This document shows positions 23,201 through 36,800 of a stretch of DNA of 64,000 nt, one piece after another. The notes under the pieces are model-generated. The model had not been told where the DNA came from, ran no database searches, and saw only the letters and a program-made list of their open reading frames with translations. Positions within the stretch are counted from its first letter, which is position 1. Each line of letters starts with the position of its first letter. The stretch lies in the NCBI GenBank assembly GCA_000708835.1, contig DF237131.1:88882-152881 (forward strand). The letters are read 5' to 3'. Origin of the DNA: Klebsormidium nitens. Its lineage: Eukaryota; Plantae; Klebsormidiophyceae. Made by a program: the position numbers and the translations under genes.

Positions 23201-24739
23201 GTGGCATCTTTTGAGTCTGGACGTGAGGCGCAGCCTACAGAAGCTTCCGATGCTCCGCAGCAGGTCCATTTCAGCCTGGCTCTGATGGTCTGTGATCTGG
23301 AACTGAAAAGGATGCCTGTCTCAAAAACCTCTGCATCATCTGCAATCGAATCAGAAGAAATAGCGAGAGCGTCTGCCTGATGCCGCAAGCTGCTCCCTTT
23401 GGAGTCAGCTTCGTTGTTTGGATCTTGGCTAAATCTTCGTTGCAATGTAACAGAGCTTCCATCGCATCCATCCTCCAGATTCTCTTTCAGCTCAAGTACT
23501 CCCAAGTGCACTCGTCCAAGCTTCGATCTGCTGTGATTGCAAGGACTGTAAGTAAAAGCTGCTGGAGCGTTGAGATCAGTCCGATTTGGAAACCCTTTCT
23601 GGCCACAGCAGTTGCTGAAGAAGTAGGAGGTCTGGAAATCTCTGACACTGGTGACCTTCTGAGGAATGAAGTCATGATCATGTGGAGCGTCCTTGATGGT
23701 CCTTCCTGTAAGACACATACATACTTCAGTGTTGATTGCCGATTGAGACTTTTTGGATGAACTTGACCAGCTGAACAAGCCACGCTTGCATTCGACACAC
23801 AAATTGATCCGAGGAGATTCTCACACAGATCCATCAAAAGCTTTACAACAACGCAAATTCAAAATCACCGTTCAGTAGACAGTGTGAACAATGTTAATTC
23901 CTCAGATCATTTTCTGAAGGTGAAGAAAGCCACAGTCTGTCCAGTCTGTCAGCAGAATAACTCTTTTGTAGGTACTTCAAAATTCTACATAAGTTTGGGA
24001 ACAAAAAGAATATGTTGATCAGAGCTAGAAAACCTGGCATGATTAAAATCACGGAGCAAGATGTAGTTGGAAGCTAACGTCGAAATCCACGTGCTCGCAA
24101 TAGATTCCCGGATCATTGTCAGATCATTTTCATGGGTGCTGATTTGATGAAATCCTTTCGCAGGGAAGCAGCTGTTTGATGATATCACTTCTGAAAAGTA
24201 ATCAGCTGAAAGTGCTTCTATATTGAGTTTTCCGTTCAATTTGTCGCTGATGCTTCATATAAGGTCCTCAAAAGTAACAAGATTTGCTCACGCAAAATCA
24301 GGCTAGAACAGTGCTAAAAGACAACTGAACAAATCTCGCCTGCGATGGTCCAAACATGGAGATCTGAACGGTGAGTACCTGTGTGGTAGTATCGGGAAGG
24401 CTTTCGGACCCCAGAGCCCGAGGAATCCCTCCTCATGCACTTTTCCAGGCCTGACCCTTCGTTCTTCTGAGGATGCTTCCACAGTCTGATCTCCGACCTC
24501 AAACCATCTCCTGTGAGCTGCAGCTTCTCCATGACGCCAACCTTTGCTCCCTTGATCATCATGCACGGACACCTCCGTCCTGCCTCTTCAAAACGCTCTG
24601 ATCCGCCTGCCTCCCGCCCAGCACTCTCTTCCCTCCCTCCCAAATTTTTGGATCTTGCTGATCTTTGCGCAGCTTGGGAATCATCAGTGCATCTCAAAGT
24701 TTTGTTCAGATCATCCAAATAGCAAGTATGCGCTATCAA
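20274..24739 (-). CDS. Hypothetical protein A with an unnamed HDF..NCCGQ..FTYxPCxHSRS domain
   Basis: In-frame GT-AG exon chain: (~24739)-24379, 23705-22655, 22412-22334, 21986-21738, 21326-20274. The 5' start is uncertain. Paralogous to the adjacent + strand gene. Confidence 0.7.
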
Positions 24740-25291
24740 ACTTCGTGGCCGTCGGATGAGTTACAATGATCAAATCCGGACCGTCGATTGTCACACCTTC
24801 GATTCTCCACCGCTCGATCGAGCCCTGATGGTCTAGCCTGGCATTGCATCGTCATCAAGTTATCCTTGTGATTTTTCGGAGATGTCGAGAGGCAAGTCGT
24901 GCTTTGTGCTTTGAAAGCGAAAGATGGACGAATCAATTTGCAGAGTACAAAGGTTTGGCCATGGCCTCTGCAAGGGCTGCGCTTAGTGTAGGCAGCTTTG
25001 GCAGATCCGATTGAGGCGCAAGACCGCTTGGTATCCAAGGTCAACAGCATGATTCCCCTGGCATGCATCGAAAAGACGGGAGGTTTTTGCACTCCTTGTG
25101 TTAGGGTAAAGATTGGAGAGGTTGGGAATGGAAGAATCTCTTTACAGAAGATACGTGACAGAGGCTTAATTCATCAGTCGATCGGCAGAAAAGGTGCATC
25201 GGTGTGTTGATACGAAAATGCTGAGGAAAAAAGCGTTCATTCAGATGCTTGAGCTTGCCAGGGTACAAAGTTATGAGACGGATCAGATTGA

Positions 25292-28200
25292 GTGATCGGA
25301 AGTCTTTTTGTGAACACGGAGGCATCGTGGCTCTCAGTTCGGTTGGAGAACGCGCATAGAATTCTTGACGTAGGGAGAGGGGAATTGGATTCAGCGATGG
25401 AGTTCAGTGAAGCCACTCTCAGAAGACGCGAGAAGAAGCATTTGAAACAACTAGGAGTTGCCCTAGACGTAGGTGAGTCTCGAAGCACAAGGTCAGAGAT
25501 GATTGCATCCAAGCCAGAATCAAAGCAAGGAAAGGTAAAGAAAACGACGGCGAACGGTGTTTCTCCAGAATCTGAGAGCAAGGCTGCAGCTGAAAAGCCA
25601 CAAGCCAAGTGCATGGAACAACAGCTGAGTCTTCTGCCGATCGATAAACACGGAAAAGAAACCCTAGGAGCTCTGCATGGTGGAAAGGGCGACCGCAAGG
25701 CGAAGCAAGCTTCTGGCACGGTCAGCTCAGTGGTCAAAGCGCCAGATGCGAGAAGAAGCGGGAAGGTCTTTGAGAGTCAGATAGTCCAGGAGGGTAGCAG
25801 GCAGCAGGAAAAGAAGGCTTTGCAGCTGAATGTCAAAGAGTCGAAGAAAGGTTCAAAAGTGACATCAGAAGCCATAAGATCTGCAAAATCCGCCAAGCAC
25901 ATCACTGAGCAAGCCAAGAAACAGAAGGAAAAGGTATGCACGATCCGCCAAGACGAGAATACTGAGGCGGTAAGGGCGGCGCAAGAGGGCAAAGAAGCCG
26001 CTGAGCTCTATGTCAAGTCCCAGGAGAGGCAGCTTGCAGGAGAACCTAGCCGCAAGGGCAAAGGCAAGAAGAAGCAGAGGAAGATGTCTTCTCATTCGAT
26101 GGAAGAAAAACCCGAAGAAGATGCGGGCAAGGATCTGAGCAGTCGAAGGACCCTAGAAAGTGCTCTGATGTCGAGTGCAGCCCCCTCATTCACCTCCGCA
26201 ATCCGGCTGGCAAAAAAGGGAAAGCTACAATCAAGCACGATCGGATACTTCTACAAAGGTGAGATTCTGAGCTTGAGCACATTCGATTAGGTAGTAGTCT
26301 CTTGCGCACTTCACATGGTAAAGCTTGATAATTGGGCTGGCTGAAGCAGTGATGCAACAAGCCATAAGCAGGGCTGCAGCTCATTGGCTGACGTGGATCT
26401 TATGAGATTAGAAGACCGAAATGGTTACAATCCTGGAGATAGAGAAAGGTGCATCAGAATTCCGGTCAGCGGCGAAGTTGAGACTTATTTCAGATGAGTT
26501 CGAGCATCCGAACATTGTCTGCCCGTCATGTAAATCCTCGTTTGCAAGTAATCCTGGCCCATTGGAGAGACTAAGAGGGCCATCAGAGCAGGCTTTAAGA
26601 ACGAGAAATGAATAAACTGTCTTCCTTCCAGTACAGACACCTAGGCTGGACTGAGGAGTAGTTTTAAAGTTCAAAAGAAGTGCGCTTGAAGATTGGTTGA
26701 ACAACTATATCAAGCAACTCTTTCGAATCACAGCAATACAGGCAAGGCACAGAGCACGTCCAAATATAAATACTGTGCCTCTCTTCAGTAAACCTTCAAT
26801 AGATTCTGGGAATCGGCAACGTACATTATCGAGATGAAAATTCGACATTAAATGGAATTGAAAGTGATCAGCCAGCCCCTTGATCTTTGTGCAGGGAAGA
26901 GCCTCGCTGAAGAACCCTGCAGCCACGATTTCGTGGCAGAAAAGTTCTTCGAGGGAAGCCTTTCGACGGGGCACACGGTCTACGTCTTCGCCAACTGCTG
27001 CGGACAGCTCGGATGGCCGCCACGTGGCAAGGATGCGGACTCCGGACCATTCACCTACAAGCCTTGCGACCATAGCCGCTCTCTTCCCACGTTCGCTTAC
27101 CACCCCGGTCACCTGCTTCCCAACCCTGCAGACCCTGGCTGTCGCCATGGTGGACACTGGCGCGGCCTGGCTGTGCGCGAGAGCGCGCCCGCGCGCTTGT
27201 GGAGCTGCTGCTTGCGGCCGCTCGGCGCGCCCGGCTGCGCGCGTCGCACGGACCTGTTTTTAGAGCGCCTGATCGAGAAGCGGCAGTTCCGCCCAGCAGG
27301 CGACGACGTGCCCCCCACCGACGAGATCTTCGAGTGCGCGGCGTATCTGACGCTCCTGGAGGCGACACGTGGCGACTCGTCCACCGCAGATTGGGCAAAG
27401 ACGGTCGTGCACGGCGTGGATGAGTGCTCAGAGATCGACTGGGAGGAAGGGCGGGAGCTGCTGAGACGAGTGCTCGCGGAGAAGGAGGCGGGGGGGCTGT
27501 CGGAAGACTTCTGGGTTCGCCTCGATATGCGGCTCAGAATGTGGGGCTGCAGGGCGGATCTGGCAGCGCTCGAGGCGGGGAGTCTCTTGCAGCTGTACCG
27601 GATCTCTGTCCTTCTTTCCAAGCACGACCGGCGACGCGCGGCCGCGCTGATGAAAGGGATGGAAGACGAAGGCGCGGCCGGCGAGCGCCCGGAGGCGCGC
27701 GCGTGCGCGCCCGAGAGCGGCGCGCCCTCGTGGTGCGTGTGCGGGGCGATCGAGGGGGATCCGAACGAGGAAAGGGAATTTCTGGAGAAGAGCGTGAAGG
27801 AGATCGAGAAGAGTTTGGACGGGGACGCGAGCACGATTCGAGAGCTAGAGCCCGATGAAGACACGCTTAAGGTGCTGGAAAGCCTGCAAGAGATTTGGAA
27901 GACGCTGAAGGGATCCCGCGACAAGAAGAAGATGGCGTGGCAGCACAAGATGATGATGCGGCGGAAGATCTGCCACCTGGTGGAGTGCAGGCAGAATTCG
28001 GTTGAAGCAATGGTAAGGCACCGCTTCTTTTCGAGGGAAAGCCTAAGCTACGACGACGGATAAGTATCAGCCGGTTTTTGCTTTGCGCTCTTCACTTTGC
28101 TTATTCAGGTAACTCTTTGTTTCTAAATTATCGCAGTCCTTTTTGGGAATACTGAGGAGCAGATTACGCCGCTAAATGATTTGTGAATCCGTCAATCACC

Positions 28201-31200
28201 ATAGAAGGTCTGTTAAAGGCCTTTGCGCGTCGGACTTCCCCGTATCAACTTATATCGTCCCTAAAAGGGTGGGAAGAAAGGGCCTAAGTCGATTCGACCA
28301 GTCGAGATTTTGACGAGGCTGAATCACTTATAAAGAATGGATAAACATCTCAAAACCTAAAAGTGAACCTTGACTCTCCGCTTTTCTTTCAAAAAGATGT
28401 TCACATTCTGATTCGGCAGGAATTTTCAATTCTGCTCTCAAAGCGAAAAGGCCCATAGAAACGAACCCTCTACTGTACAAACCATATACTTCTCTTCACT
28501 GCTCTTTCTTTTCGAGGATTGAGCCGCCACATGCTTATTGCAGGGCTGCGAAGTGCGCTGCCTCCCCGCGTACGAACGCCCCACCGACGACTCGGCCAAA
28601 GAAACGGTGGTCGAACCCGACTTCGAGCCGCTGCTGGATTACCTCGTACTTCACGAGTACCTTGCAAGCTTGAGCACGTTGCCGGAAGCAACGAGCTTTT
28701 GTGAGGAGATGGCAACTCTCACGGCGGTCGCTGAACAGATGGAGTCGGAGGAGCTGGCCCAGATCATGCAGCCGTTGGAAGCGATGGCGCTGGCGGGCGA
28801 TGCTAAGGCTGAAGAAGTGAGGATTCTCAAAAGCTACCTCGCAACTGACATTTGAAAGCACTGTCTATTGGCTGTCTTGGCGTACTGCGGGGGCCATACT
28901 CTCAGACTCGTCAATTAATTGCACGCCCTGTCTGTGGCGATTCTTTGAGTACGCTGATAGGATCCCACCGATGAAAGACAGATCTGCCGGCTTAGGATGA
29001 ATTTCCACCATAAGAGGAAAAGAGGCTCCTGTAACGCCCTTTATTGCGTGAGATTCGCACCCCTATTTCAAACGAGAATCAGGAGCTTTGTGCTTGATCA
29101 AATTCAGAGCCGACTACAATCCTAAGACATCGTGGCTGTTGATTTGAAAATTTCATTTCAAAGCGTCGCTCCCCTTTCATCCGCAGATTTCGGATCATCT
29201 TTACCGGCACGGCATCCAGGGCCTCGCCTCCCTCGCGACGCTGTCGCACTTCTACGGCCACCAGCGCTTCGCCAACGACCCGCGCGTCGCGGCCGCGTTG
29301 AACCTGATCGGCGCCCAGCTGGACACGTGGACGTTCGTGCAGCGGGGCTCTCTCAGGCTGCTCGCGGCCGCCGCGCGCGGCGCGCCCGACGCGCGGCTTC
29401 GGCTCTTTGCGAGCGTGTTCGCGGGCGCGCCCTTCGAGGAGAGCGTGCGCGCGCTGCGCGGAGTATGGCGCGCGCTCCAGCTGGCGTCGGACGAGCTGTC
29501 GCCGCAGGTTATGTGCACGATTGTGCTTTTGGGGGAGGATTGGAATCTGGAAGGGGTCGCAGAAGTGTTGCTCAGAAAAGGCGAGGGATCGGAAGCGAGT
29601 GAAGAAGAGGAGCCGGAAGAAAGAGTTCAGGCGATGGGGCGCGGAAAGGAGCTGCCGGAAGACGGAAGACGGACGGAAGGCGGGGCGGGTACGGCGCAAA
29701 ATGCTCCGGTGAAAGCTTCTATCTCAGCCGAACATGCGGGAGGACCGTCCAACCCGATCAAGCGCAGTGAAGGTTCCGCTCTAGACTCCAGCGCGGAAAC
29801 GGAACGCTCGTCAACGGAAGGGCAACACGGACGCGCCGCGGAAAGACCGGAAAGCGTACCCCGCGCCGCGGCCGGCGAGGAGGGTTTAGGAGCGCTTTGG
29901 GAATTCAGCGACTCTGACATTGTCCAACTCCGGCTACTGACAGAAGTTTCCAACTTTGAACCGGTCGGAGCAATGGAGGAGGCAGTATGGGAGAAGCTGA
30001 AGAAGACGGCCTCGGGTTGGACCGAAAAGATGCTGGAAGAGATTTTCCACTTCTGCGGCCTTGTAGGACTCAAGAACGTGGTGAGTTGCTGAGATGGTGG
30101 CTTCAACCTTGTCGGAGAAGGGTTGAGCGATCTAGAAGCTTGGAAATGTTCAGAAGTGAGAAAACCTAAAAATTTTAACTTCTTCTATATGGGCGGCGCG
30201 TCCAGCAGAGTGTAATACGCACCGCTTGAAGTAGCAGGCTTAAGAGGCGCAAAAGCTCTAAGGGGTTCAAATAGCTGCACGAACCGACTCCTGTCCGTTT
30301 GAGTTTCTGAAAAGGTCTGTGAGGTAGGGAATCGCTCCACCAGACCACACAGAAACTGAAAAGCTGAAGATTTGATTTGAGGTCAGCTTCGATCCAATTG
30401 CTCTTCTTCAACGTCTCCTCAGACCCAAGGATGTCGATTCTCGGCGAATCCCGGTCCGTGCGTTCGATTCTTCAAGTTCAGTTCGACAGCAAGGGAAGAT
30501 AACCAGTGCTAACCAGCGCGTTCTGCAATCCGCAGAGCTTCTCGAGGGTCGCCGAGTACGTGCAAAGCGCCGGCGCGCGACTGAAGGAGGACGGCCACCC
30601 GACCCACCTGTCACTCCTCGAGCGCGCGGAGCGCATGTGGCTGGCCGCGCGCGCGCACGCGCGCGGGGGCAGTCTAGGCGCCGGGCGCACGCTGCGCAGA
30701 TTGTGCGCCGAGTTTCTCAAGAGTCTCGTAGAGGACATCGACGTGGAAGGGGGCGTGGGACCGGGGGAGCCCCCGCACGATGTTTTCATTCTCTTCACCC
30801 TGTTTGCGATGCTGCTTTACGCACGGGAACCCGAGAGTCAAGCGATCTGGCAGCGTATAATGCAGGCCCAGAGGGCCGCAGAACAGTCGGGGGTGTCCGT
30901 TTCGGAGCTCGAGCAGAGAGCGGAAAGGGGGCGGATGGAAGAGCTGAGGGAGGAAGCGGAAAATGAGGGAGAAGAAGAGGAGGAAGTTGGAGAAGATAGT
31001 GAAGTCGAAGCAGAGTCTGGGATTGAGGCGCACGCGGAAATCGAAGCCAAGGGTGAGATTGAAGCTGTCCGGCAAGTCTTCGATAGGGTTCAGTACGGGA
31101 TGGGAGCGGCGGGGTTTGCGGGGCAGAGCCACCTGAGTGAGTCTGACATCAGCAGCAATTACAGCGAGAGCAGCTGGCTAGAGTTCGTCGGCGAGGACGG

Positions 31201-31630
31201 CGGAATCCAGAGCCCGACGGAAACGGAAGACGGGGTTGGGGAAACGCCGCAAAGAGACCGGACGGAAACCGAAGGGAATCGCGCATTATTAGAGCAACTT
31301 GCCGCTCGGGTGGGTGGAAGACGGACGGAGGAACGATTCGGGGAGAGTGTAACAGAGCAGGTTAGAGCTGACGAAGGTGCTTCCAGTACGTCCGTGGCGT
31401 CGCGCTTGGACAGAAGTCTGAATTGTCGAAATGGTGAAGGTCTGAGGGTCCATGAGGCAGGGATTCCGCCAGTTGAATACAGCCTGGAGGATAGCGACGA
31501 AGGCCCTAAAAGCGGTAGTTCTCGTGCATTCTCTTCTAGGAGGTCGCGGCCGGCCATCCGGGTCGGCAGTGTTTGCAAGGAAGGAGGCGGAGCCAATAGT
31601 GTGGTCCTTGACATGGCTTCTCTCGACTAA
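25292..31630 (+). CDS. Hypothetical protein B (~1450 aa) with the same Cys/His domain plus helical and acidic regions
   Basis: Exons (~25292)-26258, 26895-28012, 28544-28816, 29187-30080 and 30536-31630 join five separate ORFs in frame through canonical GTRAG donors and YAG acceptors. The 5' start is uncertain. Confidence 0.72.
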
Positions 31631-33833
31631 CCTAGATTAATCGGCGCAAATAGGAAATTGAAACCGATTAAGGCAAACGATGCCGGATCCGTCTTATTAA
31701 AGATGTGACTTGAGAGCATTTTTGGCGCAATTCAACAGGTGCATGTTTGTTCTCGCCGGCTCTTACTCTGTATTGTGGTCTGTCGTCAGCGCGCGCTAAC
31801 ATGCCTGCGACGGAGCACGCGCAGTTTAGCAGACTTGCATTTTTTATCTAAATTTGAGATATGTTCTGGCAGTCGTCGTGAGCACGCAAAAAAGACGCAA
31901 AACCGATCATATCTCTCTGTTTCAACTGCCTCGAAGCACGTTCGTGTCCGTTGCTTGCTCACTCAGACGGCCCAGACTGGAAGGGGGAGAACTAGACGCA
32001 AAACTGAGTCAGGCTCGATTAACGCTCCAACCAGCCGACTTGACAATTGGTATAACCAGACTCCTTGGCTGACCAGGGCCGGGTGAGTCCGCTTAGCAAA
32101 ACCAAATTGGGCGGACCTAGAAAGCCAATAGTAAGTTTTGTGGACCTGCTTGTCGGAAGTAATCAGACGTCGGCCTGGTTACTTCAACAGACATGTGCGG
32201 GGCAAGTTATCGGCAGTATCCAGCCTGACCCTGGTCACGCGCGGCTTGCAAGGTTGGCTAGGGACGCCGGTTCACTGCCCAATTTTCCTCTACGGATTCC
32301 GGTCTTCTAAGGCAAAGGACCACGCGTTGATCTGAAATGATACAGCGGCCCGCTTCTTTTCCCTATCAGTGAACCCTTTCCTGATGGAAGACCATATATT
32401 CGAGGCTAGTTCTTGTGAGCAGAGCACGCAGACAGACAGATGTTGTTTTACGATGTCGGATCAAGAGTCGACTCCGGCTCTGCAAGTACAATTCCCTAAT
32501 CGTGAATGATGTGCATGCTTGAGTGTCATAACTTAAGGGAGCGACATGAGTGACTCGCTGTTGTACGTTGCAAGCTTTTCCCCCAGTCAGTACGTCGTAC
32601 CCGATTCAAGATCTGGCAGCCTTTCAATTGAACCGCCATATGTAAGCCTTCTGCCGGATATGCACCGAAACGTTATAGTGGCCCCAATACTTAGTCAGAT
32701 CTGATCATGCATGCACTACAGATAGCTCCTGAGTCCGGCCACGCATCATGGGATCACATGCGTGTCCGGGACACATGAGCAGCATCCGCGGTATATGCAG
32801 CCTGCTTTTCGACACCAATATGTCCGTCCCAGGCTGGCCATGCCCGGAAATTCTTACGACCGTTTCGTCCATAATGGCTTGCAGATCCGGAGCACAATGG
32901 CTCGTTGCATCTGGAGTTAGAACAATAACATGATTGGCTATCCCATGACGTGGAAAAGTTCGACAAGGAGGTCACCAGCTTTATATACGGAACGCGGCAT
33001 AATTGTGGTTTCTACAAACTCTGCAGCCAAGGGATAGAGTAAACTTGCACCTCATCGGAAGTTTGTCAGGACGTCTGTTCCCAGCGCATTGTTTACTCTA
33101 AGCTAAGCTACTCCAGCGTCTCTAAACGATCAGGCCTTAAGGTCGAGGCGGTGCCATTATGCGGAGGGACCCTACACGTACACGCTAGACGGGCGGGCCT
33201 GCAGCCCTGCTCCCCAGTGCCTCCTTTTTCCTCCCGGTTAAAATCCATACTGCTAGGCCACCGCCCGACGACCCGCACTCCGCCCCGCTTTAAATGGACG
33301 ACAGCTTTTTTAAGGAGAGCTGCCAGCAGTGCAGCAACTGCAACAAAAGGGACAATAATGAGAGAAACTTGCTGAAATCTACAAGCTCAACCATCTTGCA
33401 AGCCGAACTGTTGTATCTGAGCACTTCGTTCTTCTTTGCCATCGTCGTTCTGAACAGGTAGTGTTACATGCAAGAGCTACTCCGTCTCGTGATACTGCAG
33501 CACGAGCTAGCTTTCGAGCTGGTCGGGTCAACCACGACAAAAAAAAGCCGCTCAGCACCTTTCTTCAGATTTCTGCTTCCCAAGCTTGCTCTAACAAATT
33601 CAGGTGCAAGTGGCTTTAACTTCGTCATCTGACGCAGAAGAGCAACTTTGTTAGTGGGGCTAGCGCCCCCCATATATTGCACTTTCGGAGGGGAGTGATT
33701 TTATTGAGGGTAGGATGCAGAAACGAGGGTATTTGGGAGCGCCTCCTTTGCGGATCCTCCGAATAACACAAGCCCTTTGAAACGCTGCTGAAGGCATTTT
33801 TGCGTAGCCAACTCTTCCCTGGCCACCGACATC

Positions 33834-36800
33834 TCACCTCGTCAATCTGGCCCAGCACCCCTGCCCACCAGGCGGGCTGCCGTCCTTCGCTCCCTTGTCA
33901 CCGGGGTGGTCCAGTGATTTCCTCGGCCGCTGACAGCTGGCGCACACCCAGAGCACCGCAGGCCTCCCGGGTTCCCTCCCCCGGTTGCGCTCGAGGAAGA
34001 GGAACTTTCTCCACTCGCTACCTTTGTCGTGCTCCTCTAAGAACCCGGTGAGCTCCACCGAGTCGAGGCCCTTCTCGCTGAAGTGTTGCATCTGGGCCGT
34101 GAGGTCTCGGACGGTGCTGGGCAAGCCCTCCTCGGTCTGTGGACAAACCAAGTGGATGTTTAGGCTTGACAATGATAGCAGGCTTAGTCCCAGTTCGATC
34201 CCGAGAAAGGGCACTGGTGTTCCGATCATCTCGAAAGGAAGCGGACTGCCAGTGTCGATAAACCGACAAAGGCAAAAGTTTTGATGCTTTTGGAAAGCAA
34301 TTATCCAAGATCTGGAAACGTAGATATATATAATTTCAGTCACATGTACCAGCACACTTCTAACGACAAGACTCTTCAAAGCAACTCGAATCGAAGCGAG
34401 TCCAGAGTTCAGGACCACCAGGTTCAACGGTTCACTTGGCGAAATGATTTGTAGCTTCTCGGCGAAAAGCCAAACAGCCTACAGTTGTCGTACCACGATC
34501 TTACACCACGGAATCATCCCGACCAGAGAAAGCTGTCAGCAAACGTGACGTAAGCCTACCGTGAGGGGCTTCTTGAGCAGCTCTACCACTTTGACGAAGG
34601 GAGCCACGGCCTCTCTGGCTCCCACGACGTTGCCAACGACGTTGGCTATCTTCCCGAGGGCGATCAGGATCGTGAGGGCAGATGCGAGCCGGTTGCCCCA
34701 CTGGGTGTTCCGGTGGATCGTGTACCCCTTATGGCCGACCTGAAAAAAGAATGAAAACTCGAGGATTGCGGGCAAGCTACCGTTGTACGTACAGCTGTTC
34801 AAGATTGCTCGCTAAAAACATGCTTTTCACCGCGCATGTTAACACAGTGTTGAACAATTGAATGAGAATCAAGAGTCACCGGTCCTATGTTGGTTTAGCT
34901 AACGAGATGGCGGAGAATTTGCACTGTTCAAGGAGCATGAATTCTACTCTTCGGTCCAAGTTCTTGTCGTTTCCGTGAGGCAACGCATCCTTCTGATCTG
35001 GACACACGAAATCTCCAAAACGATAATACACGACAATTGGAATCGTAAGTCTTGCAAATCCTGCAATTGACACACTCACGGACGAGCAAGCTTGCAAGGC
35101 CCACCTTTGCAAATTCTCCCCTAAAGGGATGAGTGTGGACGAGTGGAAAAGTCAGTCAGCTCCAATCCCCAAAAGTCAGGTTTTCAAATGCTCACCGGCA
35201 CGCGAAAGCAATTCTCGCAGAGAAGATACATGATCGCCGTATGCTGGAAGAGCTCCCGGCTCAGGAAGTGGTAACCGATCAGCAGGTACTTTTGCGCCGC
35301 CTGAACCAGACCCTCGTTGACCTCCGCTTCCAAAGCTTGGGTTTCCGTAGCGACGGTCTCGAGGACGTGCGACATGTCCTTCAGAGGGTCGGTGCGCGAA
35401 AAACCCGGCGAGATGGCAAAGGCCCGGGGCGTTCTGGCGGTGCTAACCTCCACCACTGTGTCGGCCACATCCTCCACCAGCTTTGCCAGGAACTGCAAAT
35501 AATCCAGGGCGTGAGAAACCCGTTAGTAAGTAGGTAACCGGACTTGCACTGACGGCTGGCGCACTGATGGCATGCTTTTGCAAAGCACTCGCTTTGATCG
35601 AGAAGGGCCGCGAGTTTTGAGTATCTTGCCAATTGAAGCCACTTTACTTACGGAACGGTTGGGCGGGTTAGCAATCAGGTTAAGACTCCACCTTTGGTTT
35701 GTGGACTTGCAGATTTTCGGAATTCCTTTTCTTGTGTAACACAATTCATCAGCTTATTCGCAAGATCACAGGTGTAAACACGCTAGGAGCTATCAAAATC
35801 TAGTCATGTACAGGTATTTGATGCAGGTATCATGTTTCAGACTTCGCTTAAAAAGGACTGGAAACGAAACTCAGCAAAGGATTACGCAAGCAAGCAACCA
35901 GCGTCACATTGTCAAACTAAAACAAGGAACGCATTGATCTGTATGGCTAGCTCGTCGTAGGGTCGCCTTGTGGAGTAGCTAATAAGATCTCTGAAAATCG
36001 AACGTCTGGCCGCTTGCTCTGTGGTCCTTTTCAGGTCGATTGGGGCCACAGCGGGTTGCATCGCCAGCATTGTGCAACAGATTTGGAAACATGGAGCTGC
36101 CCTGAGAAGCCGCCACTCATCCGCTACTGCCTTCCTAGACATAATTCAACTTCCTTCTGCCAGTCAAGCCTTCGCCCAATTATCTCACCTGGGTGGCATT
36201 GTCGAGCAACTTCGGAAAGGCCCGTTGGGCCCGAGCCATATCGTCCACAGACGACGCAATCCCGATCAGGGTCTCCAATGTTTGTGCATTGCTCAACGGC
36301 CCTGGATCCGGGGCAATCTGCTCCCAAGGCACCTCGGTATGGTCGCCGGAAGGGCAGTCGGAGAAGCCGCTCCTCACCACGCCCATGGCACCCGGCTTGA
36401 GAATCTCGCTTAGTATGGAGTAGGGAAGGGGAACAAAGCAGCCGAGATGTTCAGGGCATGCTGCGGAGTAGTGGATCAGTTGGTCGCCTCCAAACAAGTC
36501 CCTGTGCACCTTGATTGCTTTAAGGACAACCCGATCGATCACCGCCCATATTTCAGTGTTCGTGTTCTGGCTATCCCCATCGTTTTGAACGGGCTTACTC
36601 CCGAGGATGTCAAAATGGCTGAAGCCGTTTGGGTCGCCGGGATTGCGCCTCTGGATGTTGATGGACACGCCGTTCAGGTTTGTGAGTACCCCACCCTGCC
36701 ACCAGTGGCCGTCTTTTGGAGGCGCGCGTGTGCAGATTCCAGACTGCACGAGCACAGTCTCAAAAAACCCAACCGGCATGTCACCCAAGCGCCGCAGCCG

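Noticed and set aside
24736-25092. 118-aa minus ORF overlapping the start of gene A by 4 nt (possible frameshifted 5' extension)
   Set aside because: No similarity to gene B or any known motif. It cannot be distinguished from 5' UTR or promoter without transcripts.
20274-31630. Possible endogenous giant-virus or Polinton insertion (cluster of ORFans)
   Set aside because: The ORFs join into two multi-exon genes through canonical in-frame splice sites. No capsid, polymerase, ATPase or integrase motifs were seen.
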